DNA of 63,906 nt, filler included, from Aduncisulcus paluster (taxonomy: Eukaryota): the NCBI GenBank assembly GCA_024181965.1. It is 4 parts of 4 records of this genome, joined end to end, with 100 filler letters (N's around TTAATTAATTAA, not from the genome) between each part and the next. Parts side by side here need not be neighbours in the genome. Positions count along the whole stretch, not along the records: positions 56,176 to 63,906 come from BQXS01010841.1; 3 more parts are not named here. One strand, given 5' to 3'. Numbering within the stretch: the stretch's first letter is position 1; each line of letters begins with the position of its first letter. The notes under the pieces are model-generated. The model saw only the letters and a program-made list of their open reading frames with translations. It did no database searches and was not told the DNA's origin. The translations under genes were made by a program, and so were the position numbers. Below, piece by piece: positions 56,176-63,906 of this stretch.

Positions 56176-57844
56176 TGATTGAGACTCGCTCGAATAGAAG
56201 AGTATTGGGAATGTCCTGGGGTCTATCGGCAGAGAATGCTCTCCTATTCTGCTCTTTAAATGTTGAAAATATTGTTTGGATGGATCGTAAAAGAACCTTT
56301 GCCAAGTCAATAGAGTCTGACATAGTCGAGGAAGAGCAAGAGGAAGAGGAAGAGGAAGAGGAAGAGGAAGAGGCTGGAGATCTACTTCCACTTCCTGTCA
56401 GGGTAGAGCGGCCAAGACCACCCCTTCGCTGCATTGGGTTTCTTCCGGCAAACTTCCAGGATGAAAGACAGGCAACAATAAGACCAATTGTATGAAATCC
56501 CAAGATAGAAAAGGGTGAATTATGAAGATCTAATGGATATGATTGAGAGTTCTGAACGGCATAGACGCTATCTATTGTGGTTCCAGTAGTTAAAAAGGTG
56601 CTAATTTGACGGATACGAGCCGACAGAAAGGACATAATTGACAAATCGGATGGCCAGATCTTGACACTTCGAAGGAAACATTGCTCAATAAATAAATTAT
56701 CGTATTTTACCAAAAAGTCATTGATTTCTTTATACATTGATGGATTGGAGCCCTTGTTGGTGGGATCAAAGTAAGTTTGAAGTATGGAGGACAAATCTAT
56801 CTTCTTGGAGTAACACTCACACTCATGCTGTATGGAAGGGATGAATATAAGCTCACACAGAACCTTAATGTACTCTAGAACAGATTTTGGGACAGTAGAA
56901 CACACTGATATTATCCAGGAGGCGCACGAAGCACAGGATATACAAATTGAGGAAATAATGGTATAAAGGGCGAGAAAATTATCACGGTCAATCCGTTTAG
57001 AGTTATTGGGGGATCCTAATTCACCCCAAAGAGGATTTCCTTGAGAAAGAATCTCTCGGAGGAAACGAACAGAATCCGCTCCACATGAACAAATATCATC
57101 AGTAACTGAGGCATAAATATCTATTAAAATTCGACGAGAGGATGGAAATCGAACGCGATTACTACCTTGGATTATGGAAGCAAAAAGAAAAACGAGTCGA
57201 AGTTGAAGTTCTCGGGCGATCGCTAATAATTTAAGAATAGATATTGAGTTGGATGAGGCCAAATTAGCTAGAGAGACAAATGATTTCTTAGATTTCTCAA
57301 CAATAACAGAATTGGGACAGAATAAAGAAAACATGGAAAACATGGTTTCAATCTCTGATATTGGATTCAATATGTTGGATTTCAATCCTTTTGACAAAGC
57401 TTGAATAATATTTGGAATAATTTTGAAGGTACATTTCCTGGTAAAAAGAATTGAAACAATCGAAGATGCATGAGACACAATCTTCCACGGTAATAATTCA
57501 ATATGTGGGGCAAATGGCATTGATTCTTTTTTAATGGTATCTGTTTTTTCTGTCAATAGTGATATAGGAGATAAAATCAATGAAATAAGGGTAACACATA
57601 ATGATTGGATAAGCTCTTCCTTAACTTGATAGTCACGCATAGAATTTGTTACAAAATGATTAATTCTTGTTAAAATAAAGACTTTCTTGTTAAGGGATAA
57701 TGAATCTTGAAGTAATAATGGGATAAGTATTGATATCAATTCTTCATTATCTGCATGATCAATAAAGAACTTTTGAGCATATTGAACCTCTTCAAATGAG
57801 GTTTGACTATCTATTCTATTCAAATTACGAAGAATTTCTTCCAT
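56176..57844 (-). CDS. 3'-truncated alpha-solenoid protein, possibly karyopherin-beta (importin/exportin) family
   Basis: Long helical ORF. The N-terminus (EEVQYAQKFF...LI.LL....L.LNKKVFIL..I..FV) resembles an IBN_N domain; the family call is tentative. Confidence 0.5.
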
Positions 57845-58028
57845 TGAGCCTATCAAACATAAAATAACATCATGTTATTTTGTATATTGGGTATTTCTTG
57901 ATTTGTAAAGTATTTAAATATATTTTCAAAGCAGAAATTTCCCATGAAAATCTATTTTACTTTTTAATGAAGGTACTTTGCTGGGGTTTTTCATTGAAAT
58001 TAGAATTTCTATTTGTCAACAATCGAAT

Positions 58029-59174
58029 ATGGAATCTGGAGATTCAGATGTGCCTTTGTATCAATATGCTCACGTACAAACAATAATATCCAATGTTGAT
58101 TTTGAAACTGAATTGACTGAAGAAATATTACAAGCTCCTCCATCCCTTGAGCCTGTTTCAACTTCAGGTGGAGTTGGAGGAGACAAAGAAGATAAACTCG
58201 AAGCTAAAGATTTAGAACAGGATTTAGCTGCGACCTTGCCACAAGATGAAGCTTGGAGATTAGTTACTGTTAAAATAGATGAAACACGTGAGAAAGAACT
58301 AACCGAAGATTCAATTGTTCAATGTCAAGCATATATTAGAAGATATCTCGCATGTTTAGAAGTTCAAAGAAGACGTGAAGCTGAAGAGGAAGACCGGCAA
58401 CAAATGGAAGAAACCGTTCGTGATGCGCAAATTGAAGAAGGTAAACAGAGGGCTTTGGAAGTCTCAAGGCGTACTAATCCCCAAAATGCTCGGGATTTTC
58501 AAATATTATACGATGAATTGGCCGCATGGGTTAAAGGTGAATTATTGAAGATTGATGACAAACAGTTGGCGAGACCATACAGAATGGCTGCCTTATCGGA
58601 GTTATTAGAGCGTGAAACCGAGATTCTCCAGCAAATTGATCGTCTTAAATCAAAGAAATACAAAGAACGTTCTGACATTCGATTCAGACGTATGCTTGCT
58701 AAATTGGCTGAGCCTGAAGAATGGAAATGTGGTCTCACCCATACTCCAATTACTCTTCGGGCCAGAGATGTTGCTCTTCTCTATTTTGAATTCACAAATC
58801 CTTCTCCCGATCTTGACACTCGTTTGGACAGTTTATTGCGGACAAAGTGGGCCGTCAAAGCCCTAGATTCGCCAGAAGCTGAGGAGATGTGTGGTCTTAT
58901 TGATAGAGAAGCTGATTTATTATATCGTGGAAGGTCACCCGGATCTCTGAAAGTTCTACGCAAGCGCAGTTCATTCCTGCTCTCTGAGATCTCGAAAGAT
59001 CCTGCCTTTAACCCTGCAATTAGGTCTGTTATAGAGGATAAATTGGATCACTGGAGCAAAGAAGACTATGTTAAGGCCTTCCTAGATGCCACTGAGGAAA
59101 AGGAGGAGGTCTTCGTTGAAGGTCGTGGAGTCATGATCAATCGTGGGACAGAATATAAGGAAATCATTGTCTAG
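58029..59174 (+). CDS. IQUB: IQUB/FAP253 radial-spoke protein (short form)
   Basis: IQ motif IVQCQAYIRRYLA, plus RRTNP...DF.ILY.EL..W, TP.T.RA, RLD.LL..KW.VK, LIDREADLL.RG and P.FNP. Confidence 0.88.
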   Translation: MESGDSDVPLYQYAHVQTIISNVDFETELTEEILQAPPSLEPVSTSGGVGGDKEDKLEAKDLEQDLAATLPQDEAWRLVTVKIDETREKELTEDSIVQCQAYIRRYLACLEVQRRREAEEEDRQQMEETVRDAQIEEGKQRALEVSRRTNPQNARDFQILYDELAAWVKGELLKIDDKQLARPYRMAALSELLERETEILQQIDRLKSKKYKERSDIRFRRMLAKLAEPEEWKCGLTHTPITLRARDVALLYFEFTNPSPDLDTRLDSLLRTKWAVKALDSPEAEEMCGLIDREADLLYRGRSPGSLKVLRKRSSFLLSEISKDPAFNPAIRSVIEDKLDHWSKEDYVKAFLDATEEKEEVFVEGRGVMINRGTEYKEIIV

Positions 59175-59432
59175 ATTTTGTACATTTATAATTTATAAGT
59201 ATTAATATTATATCATGAATTTTTTCATTTTTTGTTAGAGATCTAACGATCTATGTTAGTTTATTCTATTTCTATCTTTTTTTTTTTTTTTTTTTTTTTT
59301 CTCAAAATAGATCATTTTGGAAATATTTATTAATTATTCGTTGGATAATGCTTGAAAGTCTCAACATTGGAGACAATAATATTGAATAAAATGATATTGG
59401 GTGCGATATTGATATATTTGTGGAAAATTTGA

Positions 59433-60190
59433 CTATTTCTTAAAAGATTTTCTCTTTTTCCCCTTGCCACCAGGACCTGACATTCCTTTTGAACGTTTTT
59501 GTTTCCCTCTCCTTTCGATTTCTCTATCTTTCCTCCGCATCACACCCCTTTCTCTTCGAACGTTCACATGCAAAACACCATCTTTATAAACTCCAACAGT
59601 ACCTTTCTCATCACGATCCATCAATCGTTTCTTGCCTTCAAAACCCCTTGCACGGCCAGCCAACATTTTTTCTTCCTCACGCCAGGTCATACCACGAGAT
59701 GAGTCTTTGTTATGCTTTACAATGAATCGTTTATCATACTTATTAGCTGTCATACTTGTTGTCAAAATTGGAACCTTGAATTTCTTTCCATCGACAAATT
59801 TATGATAATATAGACCATCATCAAGAGCTTGCTTTTGTAACCTTTCAAGTTTGCTCTTTTGAGCTTTATGAACTTCTGCGAGATGCGAAATGCATTGTTT
59901 TGGACCTTTTCTAGACTTAGCACCGAGTTCAACCAACCTTTCTCTATTATTTCTGATTCTTCCCTTCTTAGCATTGCCTGAAGTAGATGTCTTAATACAA
60001 AAAATATAATAGTATAGATTTTAAGAATATATACGAGAATTAACAGTCATAAGTAAAGCTATATAAAGCGAAATCGACGATTGTAAGAAATTTAGAAAAT
60101 ATCAAGATAAAAAACACATACAAGATCCCGGAATAGATTCGAAATCTCATCTGACGCAAATTTAAACTCTTTCTTTTTTTCCTTTTTCAT
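59433..60190 (-). CDS. Faf1/C1orf131-like SSU processome factor
   Basis: Exon 1 is 60190-60122; intron 60121-59991 (GTATGT...AAG) joins in frame. Motifs L..LGAK, A...GL and VGVYKDGVLHV; basic C-terminus. Confidence 0.7.
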
Positions 60191-60542
60191 TTATATTTCA
60201 CAGAAGGAAGAAAACATGATGGGGATACAACTAGTTGAAAGATGTGGATATGATAAGTATTTTTTGATTTGTACAAAACTAGAATATACAAAGACATTAA
60301 TATAATCCATGGATTCTATTGGAATTAGGTAATTTTATCAATCCTTCATAAAATCAGAGAATATCAATGTAGAACTGATATAAAAGGGTGTGTCAGACAT
60401 GAAATAGCAAAATTAAGATATTTATTGGTTTCCTAGTATTTTGTTTCTTAATTTACCATGAGTTGAATATTGAGAAAATGATCCTAATTTAGATCCACAC
60501 AATTCATGTATCTAAAAGATCCTTTGCACGTTCCTACTTAAG

Positions 60543-61068
60543 ATGGTATGATATAAATATTACATTAAATTTGATAAAATTGGTATATCTTTTTATATTC
60601 ATTTTATTTTTCGATTATAACTTACTCTTTTCCATTGTTTCCTTAATTTCCACGAAAACTATTGATTTAGGCCCGCAGAACAAAGAAGGTTGGTATTGCT
60701 GGTAAGTACGGTACTCGTTATGGTGCCTCCCTCCGTAAACAGGCTCGTGCCATCGAGATTAAGCAACACTCCAAGTATATGTGCCCTTTCTGTGCCAAGC
60801 TTCGTGTTAAACGTGCTGCTTGTGGTATTTGGCAATGTCGTTCTTGTGGTAAGACCATGGCTGGTGGAGCTTACACTCTTGAGTATGTTTTTTGTAAATT
60901 GTTTTTCGTCATTTGATTTTGCTTTTGTTTATATATTTATTAAAATATCAAATTTTTTATTTTACTATTTTAAATATTGTGTTCATTACTTTCAAAATAT
61001 ACTATAGTACTGCTGCTGCTGTCTCTGCCCGTTCTACTGCCCGTCGTCTCCGTGAGAGCGCTCTGTAA
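60543..61068 (+). CDS. RPL37A: 60S ribosomal protein eL43 (L37a), two introns; missed by the ORF track
   Basis: Exons 60543-60545, 60671-60882 and 61008-61068 give [24 protein letters not shown]...CPFC...GIWQCRSC...GGAYTLDT...RRLRESAL. Confidence 0.97.
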
Positions 61069-61439
61069 ACGGTATAAACAATAAAGCTGTGGTCTCAATT
61101 GATATTTTAACTCCTGAGTTTTAAATGTCTTTTTCTTTCTTGCTGGAGAATTCTCTGTTATTTTCACAAGTAGAATAATTCAAGATCAACAGAAAATAAA
61201 TCTTTATTTGTCTAATTTAATGACTTCGATTAAATGAATTAGGGGTCAATTTTGTTAACTCAGAAACAAAACCTTTGGATTTGCATAAAGTGCTCTACAT
61301 GAAAAATGAAGATCTAAAATTTGGAGCTTCATAACGAATTCAGCATTTTAAAGATAATAATGCAGATATATATATATATATAATTAAAGTTTCTTTGTCA
61401 CTCGATATTACAAGTAACAAATCAAAAAAAAAAAAAAAT

Positions 61440-62966
61440 TCAGACTTTTACATCATCCATTTCAAATTCGATGATTTCAGTTGCATCCTCTTTATCTGCC
61501 AATTTCTTTGACTTGGCGATAATATTGAGGATAAGAGGAAGAGATACGCAGGTGCTAATGATGGTGGCAATAGGTTGGACATACCATATTCCTTCGATCC
61601 CAAGGGAGGTCTTTGGAATGACGAGGGAGAGGATTAAAACACCAATTGGTTGTATGGCACCAATAACTAAGCTAAACAGAGCTTTTTGAGCCACTTGGAA
61701 ATATCCCAAAAGCAAATAAGAGAAAGGGAACATCCAAAGCATTGAAATGGAGATTCTCATGGCTTTTGGCGCTATCTCAAGGAATAATGGGTCAGAATTG
61801 AAAGCTTTACAAATGGATGGGGCGAATATCTCAACCATAGCAAGAAAGAATCCACCAATTAGAAGCATACAGATCAAGGCATATTTAATAATTAAATAAA
61901 CTCGTTTAGGCTGTTTCTTACCAATGTTATACCCTACAAAAGGGACAAATCCCATAGCAATACCCATGGCTGGCATTCCAATGAGAGTAAAGATCCTAGT
62001 AATCGCTCCCATAGCAGCCTGGTACGTTTCAACACTCTCAGCTGGTAATTCACGCTTGAAAGTGATATTGAAGATGATGGGAGCGATTTGACTCCCTGTG
62101 TTGCTCAAGAGTTGACCAAGACCCAAAGAACATATCTTGGCAATCATTTTCCAGTCAACACTCCCTTTAATTGAGGAAAGAGACAGATTAATAGTGGCTC
62201 CACTCTTTGAAGAAACGAAAAACCAAACCATCCATACACCAACGATGAGCTGAGAAACAACGGTAGAAATCGCAGCTCCTTGAGTTCCAAGACCATTTCC
62301 ACCATCGCCATTTGGCACAAGAAAGATAAGAATTGGATCAAAAGCAAGATTGAGCAGAACAGAGATGACTTGTCTCCACATGGATAAGTTGGCCTTGTTC
62401 TCAACACGTAAAAGAGGGCCAACGGCTGCAGTTAGAGCATATCCGATGGGGAAAATGCTGATTATAAGGGAATATTGTCGGGCTTTTTCAAGAGTTTGCT
62501 CTGTAGCTCCGAGAAACTCCAGAATGGGGTCAAGACAAGGAACAAATATCGCAGGTAAAATAATGTTTAGTAGAATCATCACAATCCAGTAATAAGTCAG
62601 ACCTTTTCTGGCAATTTCAATTTTACCTTCACCAAGCGCTGGGGACATAACAGCAGCTGCTCCCACACTAAAACAAGCATTTAAAGCCAAAAATACACCA
62701 ATTTCAACGACCATAAATAAAGACACTGCGGCTAAATCATTTTTACCATATTGACCAATGAAAATTGAGTCCACAGTGGAGTAAAGGGCGTTGGTAAACA
62801 TGGAGATGATGGAAGGAACAGATAACGCTAATAATGTCTTCAGAACGGGGGCTGATCCTAATAAATGATGCTTATTTATCTCTTTTTGCAACTTATCATT
62901 CTTGCGTTTGCAGCAACCTGAAGTTTGCTCCCTTTCAGAACAATCCAATTTAGGTTCACTTTCCAT
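61440..62966 (-). CDS. MATE-family efflux transporter
   Basis: About 12 TM segments; LSVPSIISMFTNALYSTVDSIFIGQ, LN...DPILIF, LG.QGAAISTV.SQ and P.VGYNIG motifs. Confidence 0.93.
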   Translation of the reverse strand: MESEPKLDCSEREQTSGCCKRKNDKLQKEINKHHLLGSAPVLKTLLALSVPSIISMFTNALYSTVDSIFIGQYGKNDLAAVSLFMVVEIGVFLALNACFSVGAAAVMSPALGEGKIEIARKGLTYYWIVMILLNIILPAIFVPCLDPILEFLGATEQTLEKARQYSLIISIFPIGYALTAAVGPLLRVENKANLSMWRQVISVLLNLAFDPILIFLVPNGDGGNGLGTQGAAISTVVSQLIVGVWMVWFFVSSKSGATINLSLSSIKGSVDWKMIAKICSLGLGQLLSNTGSQIAPIIFNITFKRELPAESVETYQAAMGAITRIFTLIGMPAMGIAMGFVPFVGYNIGKKQPKRVYLIIKYALICMLLIGGFFLAMVEIFAPSICKAFNSDPLFLEIAPKAMRISISMLWMFPFSYLLLGYFQVAQKALFSLVIGAIQPIGVLILSLVIPKTSLGIEGIWYVQPIATIISTCVSLPLILNIIAKSKKLADKEDATEIIEFEMDDVKV

Positions 62967-63906
62967 TTCTAAACACTGAAAGCAAAATTGAATGGTCAAG
63001 AAAGGTAATTTAATTTCCCAGAAGAAATCTTCTGACGCAGATTAAAGGAAAATTACCTGCGAATTAATCTTTCCCTGCTGAGATGTTTCAAACAGTCAAG
63101 TGACTCATTGCTCCTTTTTTTCCGTTTCTCGACCAATATTGATCTCGACCTTGGCTCTTGGTTATTTTGAAATCCTTGGAATCATAAATACTCCAATGTG
63201 ATTATTTTCATTCGATCTATGATCTGGTCACCATCATTTGGTGTTTGTAATTCACACCGTTTCGGCACAATTGAGGGTTATTTCCTGTTTCAAATGGCAT
63301 AGAATTTATTTCTTTTGATGTATTTGTTTTCTGAAACATTGATATGAGGCTGGGTTGGTGTTGTCAATTCAATTGATCATATTGTGTTTCGAAATGTATC
63401 CACAAACAATCTTAAACTTCTTTTTCTGTGTCATTTCTTTCTTTTTTTGCTCTCAGAGTGACATTCCTTCCGGATACTTAGGTGAAACAGACGTGTATTT
63501 GAGAGTCACTGGTTGTTGCGGTATTTCTTTCTTGTCAAGAAATTCTTGAAAAAGATAAAAAGCCATTTTAGGTTAAGGGTAGCTACTCTGCTTGATTTCG
63601 ATTGAGTGGTGCCTCCCTTAATCAACCCTATGTCAGAATCTGACAGTCAGATGGCATTCGCGTTGGACTCTAAAGAGTTTCCTGCAGGAGGAGGTGTTTG
63701 GGGTTATGCGATGAAACGTTGTGTTTTTATAACACTGGACGAAGTCTTGTCGTTTTATTATCTTATGGTAATGAAATGGACATTATTTCTAGTTTACTAC
63801 TGTGGACTGTTCCCTTTTTTGTTGATTGCTAGGGTGTAACGTCATGTATATTTCTTGATTTATAGCATTGTCAAGAAATAAAGATGGAATTATTTAGTAA
63901 TTCATG

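Noticed and set aside
59277-59300. Poly-T24, A15 at 61424, (AT)n at ~61366 and AATA repeats at ~37805 as retroposon tails
   Set aside because: Simple repeats in AT-rich 3' regions, with no target-site duplications or element body.
60690-61007. 105-aa ORF in the track
   Set aside because: Wrong frame of RPL37A exon 2 running into intron 2.
63000-63906. Short ORFs at the window end
   Set aside because: Non-ATG starts, no recognisable motifs, and stops in all frames.

Overview
This is a eukaryotic draft genome, not a prokaryotic one. The window joins four unrelated scaffolds (1-21412, 21513-42185, 42286-56075, 56176-63906) with artificial 100-nt N/TTAATTAATTAA/N linkers. It is gene-dense and intron-poor, uses the standard code, and has short 5'-biased GTATG(T/A)...AG introns. 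The organism is flagellated (BBS8, DRC2, IQUB, PDE6D, roadblock). The gene content and a lineage-specific 'IPIPRD...KGAYICV' repeat domain suggest a Carpediemonas-like fornicate such as Aduncisulcus (recollection, unverified). Housekeeping genes: midasin (>5,500 aa, runs off the window), a kinesin, CWF19L1, BCD1, AP-3 beta, primase small subunit, DDX47, a half-size ABCA, an S28 peptidase, histone H3, a Faf1-like factor, RPL37A, a MATE transporter and tRNA-Ser(CGA). The most interesting locus is 44.9-52.0 kb. It holds a probable single ~1,690-aa gene, split at an A8 run, with four ~170-aa repeat domains (A-B-A-B), ankyrin repeats, a coiled coil, an HExxH zincin-like domain and a C-terminal membrane anchor. 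Gene debris and a truncated paralog follow it. Also notable: an HNH-nuclease fragment, a divergent H3 lacking S10 and K79 with a candidate histone stem-loop, an atypical G37 tRNA-Ser, and a conserved upstream element shared between two scaffolds.
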